Origin: Eledone cirrhosa
Lineage: Eukaryota
NCBI GenBank assembly: GCA_964016885.1
Contig: OZ024743.1
Span: 51,212,001 to 51,276,000, forward strand
Length of the DNA: 64,000 nt
Reading direction: 5' to 3'
Shown here: positions 44,101 to 53,310 of the stretch, piece by piece
Position numbering within the stretch: position 1 is the first letter of the stretch
How the letters are laid out: each line of letters opens with the position of its first letter
The notes under the pieces: model-generated
Databases searched by the model: none
Told to the model about the DNA's origin: nothing
Seen by the model: only the letters and a program-made list of their open reading frames with translations
Program-made: the position numbers and the translations under genes

Positions 44101-44346
44101 TATCATACCTGTCTTTCTGTTAAACACCACTCGTTAAGGCCTGTCATATCATATCTGTCTTTCTGTTAAACACCACTCGTTAAGGCCTGTCATATTATAC
44201 CTGTCTTTCTGTTAAACACCACTCGTTAAGGCCTGTCATATCATACCTGTCTTTCTGTTAAACACCTCTCGTTAAGGCCTGTCATATCATACCTGTCTTT
44301 CTGTTAAACACCACTCGTTAAGGCCTGTCATATCATACCTGTCTTT
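2109..44346. repeat. 46-bp satellite array, 918 complete monomers plus 25 bp
   Basis: Consensus ggcctgtcatatcatacctgtctttctgttaaacaccactcgttaa, head-to-tail with mostly 0-2 substitutions per unit; (44322-2109+15 deleted bp)/46 = 918; no ORF in the track. Confidence 0.99.
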
Positions 44347-44410
44347 AGGCACAATGTGGAGAACCTTGCTGAAAATTCTTCCTTCGGCAGATGACTAGTA
44401 TTTTCATATA

Positions 44411-44455
44411 ACGAAGACCGTTTCAAACGGAAGTCCTTCGTCAGGAAATGAAGAG
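44411..44455 (-). ncRNA. Degenerate minimal hammerhead-like motif (Penelope-type remnant)
   Basis: Minus strand CTGACGA-a-ggac-ttcc-gttt-GAAAC-g-GTC; core boxes and stems II/III are present but stem I does not pair. Confidence 0.4.
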
Positions 44456-44774
44456 TTAGAGAGAGAACAGGTAAGTACATGAAAGGTTGGAAAAGATTGT
44501 TAGGTTAGGGGTTGTAGGCAAGTAGTCCAGTATTTGGGAGTGGGGGCCGAATTGGTGTGTTCAAGTGTGACGTGGGTGTGGTTGTTTGTGTGCCAATCAG
44601 GTGAAATTGATAGGTGTGCATTATTGCTTCAGTTTGTGTGTGTGTACATGTGTGTGTCTCTGAGCCTTATATTGGTGTGTGTACGTTTGTGAGTCCTTTG
44701 GTTTTTTTTGTGTGTGATTTATGCTGAAAGTCACAACCTAGGTTCTAAAACACTTTTATTATTTAGCAGTAAAA

Positions 44775-45128
44775 GGGAGGTGGATTGTCAGTTTCGGTAG
44801 AGCGTCGGACAACATGCTTTGCAGCATAGAGTTATGGCCCTTTACGGTCGATAAAATAAAGTACCAATAATGTACTAGGGTCGACTTAATCGACTTTCCG
44901 CTCCCCTAAAATCGTTGGCCTTGTGCCTAAATCAGAAACCATTATTTGGCAGTATCGGTAGGGGGTCGGACGCCATGCTTTCCAGCATAGTTACGTCCCA
45001 TTTACAATCTGAGTTCAAATCCCGCCGAAGTTGACTTTGCCTTTCATCCTTACGGGGGCGATAAAATAAAGTACCAGTAATGCACTGGGTAATTGCTGGC
45101 CTTGTGCCTAAAGTAGAAACAATTATTT
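44775..45128 (+). mobile_element. Two tandem tRNA-derived SINEs within one 17-bp target duplication
   Basis: Both copies contain ggtag..gtcggac, gataaaataaagtacca and ggccttgtgcctaaa..agaaac.attatt; attatttagcagtaaaa flanks the pair at 44758-44774 and 45122-45138. Confidence 0.85.
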
Positions 45129-45139
45129 AGCAGTAAAAT

Positions 45140-45611
45140 AAGCTTCCGAGACACACCCCCCGACTAGAGTTGCGTCCCTTTAGGGTTTACCGGTAAAATA
45201 AGGTTAAAAAGCATGTTTGTCTATTTTGCCGGGACCGGCTTCGTAGCCTATTCCATATATAAATAAATTAATTAATTAAATAAATAAATATATATATATA
45301 TAATGGCTTTGTTCGTATGTATGTCAATAGAATGAGAGTTAGACGAAACTAAATGTCCTCCCACGTTTTCATACGAAGTGTCGGCTGTAGAGTGAAGACT
45401 ACCTTTAGGGTTCGAAAAGATGAGGTTTATATCATTAACGTCCGTGGTGGTATAATTTTAATTGTCTGTAGTTTATAATAAAACCATCCCTCTTGGCAAA
45501 TAATGACATATAACCAATTGTATGAATCAATCTGTTAAAGAAGAGTCGCCATAAACATTACTGAGTAACATCATAACAATATATGCTGTTGGTGATTAGC
45601 AATATAATAAC
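45140..45611 (+). promoter_or_regulatory. Probable promoter/5' UTR region of CCDC12
   Basis: Unique, locally CpG-containing sequence immediately upstream of the ATG at 45612; CCTTTAGGGTT occurs twice (45177, 45402). Positional inference only. Confidence 0.5.
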
Positions 45612-45757
45612 ATGTGCGATGTAGGAGAGTTAGAGCAGGCCGCTTTGAAAAGAAAAGCCCGCCTGCATGAGATGAAAACGAAAAGATTGTGTAAAAAAGA
45701 AGATTCATCACAGAACCAGAAAACTACTGATAACGAGACAGAAGAAAAGCTTCCAAA
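45612..45757 (+). CDS. CCDC12: CCDC12/Cwf18 spliceosomal coiled-coil protein, exon 1
   Basis: MCDVGELEQAALKRKARLHEMKTKR...EEKLP resembles the recalled CCDC12 N-terminus VGRLEEEALRRKERL; donor AA|GTAAAC, phase 2. Confidence 0.93.
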
Positions 45758-45964
45758 GTAAACTAACAATTTTTATTGTTATAACTTCTGTACTATACTT
45801 ACAATGTTTATCTGTAAACTAAGACAAGATTTTATTCATAGTTCTAGAAATAACATTACAAAATGATAATATAAACACAAATAATGTATACAATTAATTA
45901 TTGTTAGGAAGCTTATAAATATACTACACAAAAATATATAATAAAAGCGAGAAAAAACAGCCTG

Positions 45965-46275
45965 TACTTCTCGGCAGAATCGTTAGAGCGTCGAAAGTAT
46001 TCCTTCCGGCTCTTAATGTTCTATATGTAAATCTTACCGAGGTCAACCCTACCTTTCATCATTCAGGCGGTTGATAATAAAGTATAAGTCCCCCACCAAA
46101 AAATGATTGTCTTGTGCGTAAATTACAAACCATTATAGAACCCTTTATGATCTGAGTTCAAATTCCACCGAGGTTAACTTTGCCTTTCATCCTTATAGGG
46201 TCGATAAAATAAAGTACCAGTAATACACTGAGGTAATTGCTGGCCTTGTGCCAAAAGTAGAAACAATTATATTAT
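45965..46275 (+). mobile_element. Two tRNA-derived SINE copies in CCDC12 intron 1
   Basis: ggcagaatcgttagagcgtcg head, ctgagttcaaattccaccgaggttaactttgcctttcatcc body and cttgtgccaaaagtagaaacaattatt tail; same family as 44775-45128. Confidence 0.8.
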
Positions 46276-46739
46276 AATAACGTATTGGTCATTGAGCAAG
46301 TTTGATGTGTATAACTTTCCCCGTTTCGTGATTAGAATGAATCATTAAATATATATTTATTATTCACTGTTGTATAAATAACATTGCAAATTGTTTATAA
46401 TTCTTACAAAATGAAAATATAAACATAATAAATACAATTAATTATTGCTAGGAACCTCACAAATTTAATGCAGAAAAGTATATGATTAAAGCGAGAGAGA
46501 AAAAACAACCATCAATCCAGCATCAAATGCGATAATCGGCCGCACACCACAAGGGTCAAGGGAAAATTTTGAGGCAAGCCAACACGCTGTATTACCTCTG
46601 GTGATGAGGCACTGAAACAACGTCACAAACCCCACAGGCTGAGAAAAATAGTTATTTGATAGTTCCCTATAACTTGTGTGTATTTGAAACAATTATCTCC
46701 ACAGTTTACAATAACTAATATTTATTGATCTCTGTCCCT

Positions 46740-47415
46740 GTGAAAACAGACACTCGTCCTCTCAAGGAAGCCTGCACAGTGCACTTTACATGTGAACAGA
46801 GTTCCACTGAAGTAGGTAGAGAAGTTCAAGTATCTCGGGGCCATGTTCACAAGTGATGGGAGGCAGGAGGTGGAATTAAGGGCAAGAATTGCAGGTGCTA
46901 GTGCAGTAATGCACCAACTTAAGCATTTGGTAATCAGAAGGAAGGTTGGTGTAAAAGCCAAACTCGCTATCTTCAATTCGGTATTTGTGCCAATCCTTAC
47001 CTATGATCATGAATCTAGGGTAATGACCGAAAGAATACGATCGCGAATACAAGCAGCTGAAATTGGTTTCTTCCGAAGGGTCTTTGGAGTAACGTTACTC
47101 GATAGAGTGCTTAGCTCAGAGATCACAGAGTCACTCCAGATAGAGCCGGTACTTCTCTGAATTGAGAGATCACAACTCAGATACTATGGACATGTGGTTA
47201 GAATGTCTCAAGAAAGAATTGCTGGACAGATTTTATGGGCAAAACCAACTGGTAGGAGACCCAGGGGTAGATCCCGAGCAAAATGGTTGGATAACATCCA
47301 TGAATTTGGCTGGTCTCGCTTGGGGATCCAGCCGGAGCAATTGGAGATGGTTGCTTCTGACAGGACCCCTTGGAAGGAGTGTTTGAGGACTCTGCCCCCA
47401 TGACCCTCTCAGGAA
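46740..47415 (+). mobile_element. 5'-truncated RTE-like LINE, RT C-terminal region
   Basis: VEKFKYLGAMFTSDG, AKLAIFNSVFVPILTY, RIQAAEIGFFRR, QLRYYGHVVRM and GRRPRGRSRAKWLD, with an internal stop. Confidence 0.9.
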
Positions 47416-47429
47416 TAATTTTCCTTTAG

Positions 47430-47693
47430 CAGAATATGTATGTTGGATAAGTAAATTTATAGAAAAACATCCCTCAGCCGTTTGGTGGGAAATTGATTTT
47501 TTTTTCCATGTTTTCAAAGAATCTGACCTCCAAATCATTTCAGAATGACTTGCTTTTTAGAAAACAGAGTAGGGGATACCCGTGGATATTTTAAAGAAAC
47601 AAGTTGTTACTAACTGATTTGAAGGTCAATTTCCCACCGAACGGCTGAGGGGTAATATTCTGTAAATTTGCCGTTAAACCTCCATACATTCTG
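47430..47693. mobile_element. Palindromic MITE / non-autonomous DNA transposon
   Basis: Left arm ccctcagccgtttggtgggaaattga is the reverse complement of right arm tcaatttcccaccgaacggctgaggg (1 mismatch); imperfect arms extend to cagaat/attctg. Confidence 0.75.
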
Positions 47694-47781
47694 ACGACTA
47701 GTGTTCTAATTGTTGTTCATTCACCAGAACAGCCTAATAGTGAAATTAATGGGAAAGTAGCTGAGCATTCCACAAAACATG

Positions 47782-48150
47782 TACCTGTAAAGTAATTCTC
47801 AGGGAGATCTGTAAAGTAATTCTCAGGGAGACCTGTAAAGTAATTCTCAGGGAGATCTGTGTGATAAGGTTGGTACATATCTCAGGGAGATCCAGAGTGA
47901 CACTGTGTGATAAGGTTGGTACATATCTCATGGAGATTCAGCGTGACAATGTGTGATAAGGTTGGTACATATCTCAGGGAGATTTGGTGTGACACTGTGT
48001 GATAAGGTTGGTACATATCTCAGGGAGATTTGGTGTGACACTGTGTGATAAGGTTGGTACATATCTCAGGGAGATTTGGCGTGACACTGTGTGATAAGGT
48101 TGGTACATATCTTAAGGGGATCCAGTGTGACACTGTGATAAGGTTGGTAC
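47782..48150. repeat. Compound minisatellite: 24-bp x3 then 46-bp x about 6
   Basis: ctgtaaagtaattctcagggagat repeated, then ctgtgtgataaggttggtacatatctcagggagatttggtgtgaca; both units contain tctcagggagat. Confidence 0.92.
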
Positions 48151-48427
48151 GTATTAAAAATATGATAACGAAAAGGTTAAACTATTTATATTTATCTAAA
48201 TCATATTCTGTGATTCCCCCAATCAAGAAATCCATAATAAAAATTGACCAAACTCTTCATCATAATTTTATGTAAGAACCTTTCTTAAGTTATGTTCTAA
48301 ACACTAGATTAATAATAAGAAAGTTATATTACTAAATCACTTCAAATTCTCTATTATTTTCAAAATTAATTGAAACATTTCAATAGAAATATAGTAAGGA
48401 AAGTCTTTTAATCTAAACTGTTTTCAG

Positions 48428-48504
48428 GCCTTTATTTCGAAGTTATCAACCTATCGATGAAACACTGCTGGAAAATCAGTTACCTAAGGCTAAACCAGGC
48501 AAAG
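48428..48504 (+). CDS. CCDC12: CCDC12 exon 2
   Basis: ttttcag| (K)PLFRSYQPIDETLLENQLPKAKPGK |gtaagt; matches the family R-[NS]-Y-x-P-x-D-E motif; phases 2 and 1 are consistent. Confidence 0.93.
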
Positions 48505-48589
48505 GTAAGTAATGATACAACCATTCCGTTATTTGTCACTCTCTGTTTATTATATCTATACCAGGACATAGCTATTATATCTATGCTGG

Positions 48590-50395
48590 TACATAAGCTC
48601 TTCTGTATAGCAAATAATGATGAAGTAGGTGGAATAGGCATTTTACTAAGAAGTGGGTAGATAAGGTAACTGAGGTAGAGTCATCATCATCATCACACGT
48701 CCGTTCTTCCACGCTAACATTGGTTAGACGGGTTGTCCTGTTGTGGGCAGTGTCCAGTTGGCTGACCTTGTCTTGCTCATACAGAAACTGATTCTGACTT
48801 GATTTCTACAGCTGGATGCCCCTTCCTAACACCAACCTCATTTACAGTGAGTGCTGGGAGCTTTTTTCCGTGGCACCTCCACGTCCACTTTACAATGTGG
48901 GCTGGGTGCTAGAGTAAATGACAGAATTATCAAGCTCTGAATAATCAAAGGCAATAGAATGACAACAGTTATTTCTACTAAGTAAGGACCTATTCTTGAG
49001 AAACTCTTACAGACTATCAGGAGAGGAATTTTTACATCCAAGAGATGACAGCAACTTCATTAATCTTGCTGATGACTTCAGAAAAGATGTTGATCAACAC
49101 CAGGATGGTTACTTCAGAGAACATGATGGCTATGGATATGGCTTGAGAAATGAAGAGGGATCAAGGCTCCTAGAATTCAGTGATGCAAACTATTTGCAAC
49201 ACTAACAGAAGAATTTCATTAGAAAACAGGAGAGACAGCTGGTTATGAATGCTAAAGTCTTGGAGAAGAATACACCTCTCAGCATTCTTAGGCGATGCTC
49301 TAATTAGGGAAAGAATCAAATGACCTGTAGTTTGGTTTTGTGCCAGATGAGACAACTACAAAATAAATTCTTAGTCATGTCTAAGCTGAAGACCTTTGAT
49401 AGAGTTCCACAATCTGTATCTGGTGGTCCTTAGGGAAAAAGGGTATAGCTGAGTGGCTTGTGAGAATAGGAAATGAGTTTAATGAGGAATTCAGTGTGCT
49501 GTTAGGTGTTTATCAGGGCTCAGTCATCTGCCCACTTCTATTTATTATAGTCTTCCAAGCCATAACAGAGGAGTTTAAGACCAACTGCCCATGGAATTCT
49601 ATGATTAGTGGAAGAGCTAGAGAAGAAATTCCCACCTTGGAAACAGAACTTCAAAAGGAGTCAGAGCAAACCTAGCAGATACCAAAGTTTTAATAAGTAG
49701 GCAAGAAGACAGGACTTTAGCTCTATCATGCAAGTGGCCGTGCTTGATATGTAAAAAAGGAGTAGGTAGGAACTATATACAATATACATAATGGAAAACA
49801 TAGAAACACAAGAGGTGTAGTGGAATTTAGGCAGACTAAAAGAAAAGGTAGGCTTGGCACGTGGGAGATGCACAGGTGTAGCTAGTACTAAGGGTCCCAA
49901 TGAAATAGTCTTCTACTATAGCCTCAGGTTGAACAAACCTGGGAAGGTTCCCTAGAAGTGGTTGATAGCTTCTGCCAAGTAATAGTGGTGGAGGCTGCTC
50001 TGAAAGTATAGTAGCTAGAATAAAAACAGGATTGGAAAAGTTCAGTGACAACAAAACTATAAATGAAAGTGTGGCTATATGATTTATGTGTGAAGAGTGA
50101 TGTTGCATGAAAGTGAAATGTGCAGTAACTGAATCCTGGAAAGAAATGAAGCGAATATGTTTTGATGTATGTGTAATGTTAATGTGCATGGATAGACAGA
50201 AAGAGAAACTGAGTATAAGAAGGATTTATTGTAATGTGCGAGGGAAGACAGTACTGGTATAGACATGTGATGCATATGGATGATGATGATTGGATGAAGA
50301 ATTGCCAGGAGTTCCAACTGGAGGGAAGCTGTGGTAGAGGAAGACCTAGGAAAACCTGAAGTCGTGAGAGCAAACCTCAAAATACTGTGCTGCAA
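48590..50395 (+). mobile_element. Old, internally deleted RTE LINE (APE endonuclease to RT C-terminus)
   Basis: NDEVGGIGILL, RVNDRIIKL, HDGYGYGLRNEEGSRLLEF, GVYQGSVICPLLFIIV, FKTNCPW and GRGRPRKT in order, with many lesions. Confidence 0.85.
48682..48909 (-). mobile_element. RTE 3' UTR fragment nested in the older RTE
   Basis: (CAT)n tail on plus strand; closely similar to 55671-55886; TAGAGT on both sides (48676-48681, 48910-48915). Confidence 0.8.
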
Positions 50396-50699
50396 TATGT
50401 GTGTGCATGTCCATGTCTAGTTACATTAACTGTTTATATCCCATAACTTAGCAGTTTGACAAAAGGTGATCGATAAAATAAGTAGCAGACTGGTAAAAAA
50501 TAAATATTGGTGTCTATATGATCAACTGAGGGTCTTCAAGGCAATGCCCCAACATGGCTTCAGCCTGATTGAAACCAGTAAGAGAATATAAGAATGTGGT
50601 GTCCTAGCCTGGCCACAGTCAAATGACTGAAACCAGTAAAATAATGTTGTGTCCTAGCCTGGCTACACACTAGTGACTGAAACCTGTAAAAGAATAAAA

Positions 50700-50880
50700 T
50701 AATTGTTTCTACTGTTGGTACAAGGCCAGCAAATACCTAGTACATTACTGGTACTTTATTTTATCAACCCTGTAAGGATGAAAGGCAAAGTTAACCTCGA
50801 CGGGATTTAAACTCAGACCGTAAAGGGACATAACTATGCTAGAAAGCATGGCGTCCAACCTTCTACCAATACTGCCAATT
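50700..50880 (-). mobile_element. tRNA-derived SINE
   Basis: Reverse complement of the 44948-45128 copy: taattgtttctact...tggtactttattttatc...ggatgaaaggcaaagttaacctcg. Confidence 0.85.
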
Positions 50881-51051
50881 CAAAGAATAAAATAATGTGG
50901 TGTTCCAGCATGGCCACATTCTTATGACAAACAGTAAAAAAAATGTAGTGCCCCTGCATAACTGTGATCTAATGACTGAAACAAGTTAAATAATAAATAA
51001 ATAATAAACAGATAATAATGATGAAGCCATTTTATTGTTGCTATTTTCTAG

Positions 51052-51113
51052 TTGAAGATAACATTCAGGATCAACTGGCTGCTGCCAATGTGAAGACTTC
51101 TGTTGAAGATGTG
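51052..51113 (+). CDS. CCDC12: CCDC12 exon 3
   Basis: ttttctag| (V)EDNIQDQLAAANVKTSVEDV |gtgagc; phases 1 and 0 are consistent. Confidence 0.92.
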
Positions 51114-51622
51114 GTGAGCTTAGATTTACTTCTTTTTAAAATAGACCAACATCTAGTTATTGTCTCATGAATGCACATGGTCAAGTGGATAAAGCATTCA
51201 GCTTATAATTGTAAATATGTGAGTTTGATTCCTGGTCAAGGCAGCGTGTTGTGTTTTCTGTGTGTATAGGAAGAGTAAGACCAAGAAATACATGAGAGGC
51301 AGATTGGCAAAATTGAAACGTTTATCATGGAGCCCACTGGGCTAGCCCCAATTTTAGCTGGAAAAATGGCTTTAGAATCTGTATTTATATCCCATAACTT
51401 AGTGGTTTGAAGAGAAAAATGATTGATAAAATAAGTACAAGATTTATTAAAAAATAGAAGTACTGGGGTCGATATTGTTGACTAAATCCCTTTAAGGTGG
51501 TGCCCCAGAATGGTCTCAGACTAATGACTGAAAACAGTAAAATTTAAAGATCTTTCTCATTCTTAGAAAGCCAATTCATGATTTTATTTTTAAAAATTCT
51601 ATCTTAATCTTTTAAATTACAG

Positions 51623-51734
51623 GATCTCTTTAACCTTGCACCTCGCAAACCTGATTGGGATCTGAAGAGAGACATAACAAAAAGATTGGCAAAACTGGAA
51701 CGTCGCACTCAAAGGGCTATTGCTTTATTAATAA
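51623..51734 (+). CDS. CCDC12: CCDC12 exon 4 (cwf18 signature)
   Basis: ttacag| DLFNLAPRKPDWDLKRDITKRLAKLERRTQRAIALLI |gtaagt; NLAPRKPDWDLKRD and RTQRAI are diagnostic. Confidence 0.97.
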
Positions 51735-52069
51735 GTAAGTGTTAAATTTTTTTTTTTTTAATGTATGTCGGTATGTGTGTTAATGAGTTTAACAACCATG
51801 TGGCATGGCACCTTGAACAAATGTCTTCTACTATAGCCTCAGGTTGACCAAACCTTGTGAGTGTAATTTGGTAGATGGAAACTATAGAAGCCCGTGTCAT
51901 ATGAAGTAACTAAAAGAGTTAGTGTCAGGAAGGACATTTGACTGTAAAACATTACCTCAAAAGTCTTGTTCAGTCGATGTGAAAGCGATAATATATTCAT
52001 GTGAGTGTATTAGGGTTTTGTGTTTACATTGTTTATGTCCTGCAATTTCATGGCTTGTCAAAAAGAAAT

Positions 52070-53310
52070 TAATTAAATAAGTTGACTTGGAGAAAGCCTT
52101 TGACAGAGTCCCCCGCTCCATTATCTGGTGGGCTCTTAGAAAACAAGTGTTGATGAATGGCTCGTGAGAGCTATATAAGCCATGTATAAAGAAACAGTCA
52201 GCAAGGTTAGAATTAACAACGAATATAGTGAAGAATTTAGCGTAAAAGTCGGTGTTCATCAGTGTTCTGTCCTTAGCCCACTCCTATTTATTATTGCCCT
52301 TCAGGCTATAACAGAGGAGTTCAAGACCGGCTGCCCATGGGAACTTCTATACGCAGATGATCTAATGCTCAGAACTAGAGAAGAAATTCCAAACTTGGAA
52401 GCATGGCCTCAAAAGGCCTTAAAATTAACTTGTCTAAGACTAAAGTTCTAGTATGTAGGAAGGAAAATAGGGAAAAAGTTCAGAGAGCTTATACCACTAT
52501 TGGCCGCTAAAGGTTTCTCCCTAAAAATGAAAGGCAGACTGTATGATGCCTGCATACGAACATCAATGTTACATGGCAGTGAGACATGGGCATTGTGTGC
52601 AGAGGAGTGAAGCTTGCATGCTCCGTTGGATATGGAATAGTAATATACGTGAACGGCAAAGCATAAATGAACTAAGTTAGAAATTAGGAATAAGAGGGAT
52701 CAGATGCTGTTTACTCGAGAGAAGACTACGTTGGTATGGTCACGTGATGCGCATGAAAGACGACAGCTGTATAAAAAAGTGCAGGGCAATCAAAATAGAT
52801 GGAAGCTACGGAGTAGGCAGACCCAGAAAAACCTGGGACGATTTGATAAATTCCGACCTTACACACACCTCTCTAAGACAATGTCACTGGACCGAGATCT
52901 TTGGCGCTGCGCAGTAATACAGAAGACCCGCCTTGCCTATGTACAAAGCAAAACCTACAGTCAGTAGGCACCTCCTAACCAAAAATACACCCCCATCCCA
53001 CTACCTCTATCCCCACCCCCATCTACACCACCCCTTTCTCTGTAAAGTTATGTTGGTGCCACAACATCCAGTCCTAAATAAATGAGGTCATGTAGGTGTC
53101 ACGACAAAAAAAACACACAGTCCACGCTGTAATGTGGCCGTGTAGGTAACACGGTAAAAACCTCCCAGTCCACACTGTAAATGTGGTTGGTGTTAGGAAG
53201 AGCAGACAGTCCTATACGAGCAAGACAACCAATCTTGCTCGTAGGACAATTCCCGTCTAAACCCATGCTACCATGGAAGATAGACGTTAAACGATGATGA
53301 TGATGATGAA
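52070..53310 (+). mobile_element. Degenerate RTE LINE RT plus 3' UTR and (GAT)n tail
   Basis: VDLEKAFDRVP, VGVHQCSVLSPLLF, LYADDL, KGRLYDACIRTSMLHGSETW and GRPRKTW; ends gacgttaaacgatgatgatg. Confidence 0.9.

Noticed and set aside
2109-44346. CRISPR array or repetitive coding sequence
   Set aside because: Monomers are contiguous with no unique spacers, the context is eukaryotic with no cas genes, and the 46-bp period gives stops in all frames.
45177-45412. Telomerase RNA (AACCCTAA template on the minus strand)
   Set aside because: Only 8-nt matches, present twice; no recognisable pseudoknot or H/ACA domain, and an AT microsatellite lies between them.
45481-45500. U4atac snRNA-like start (aaccatccctcttgg)
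   Set aside because: Similarity stops after about 15 nt, with no downstream stem-loops or Sm site.
46595-46630. Hammerhead-like gtgatga...gaaac...gtc
   Set aside because: The first core base is G instead of C, stem II is marginal and stem I does not pair.
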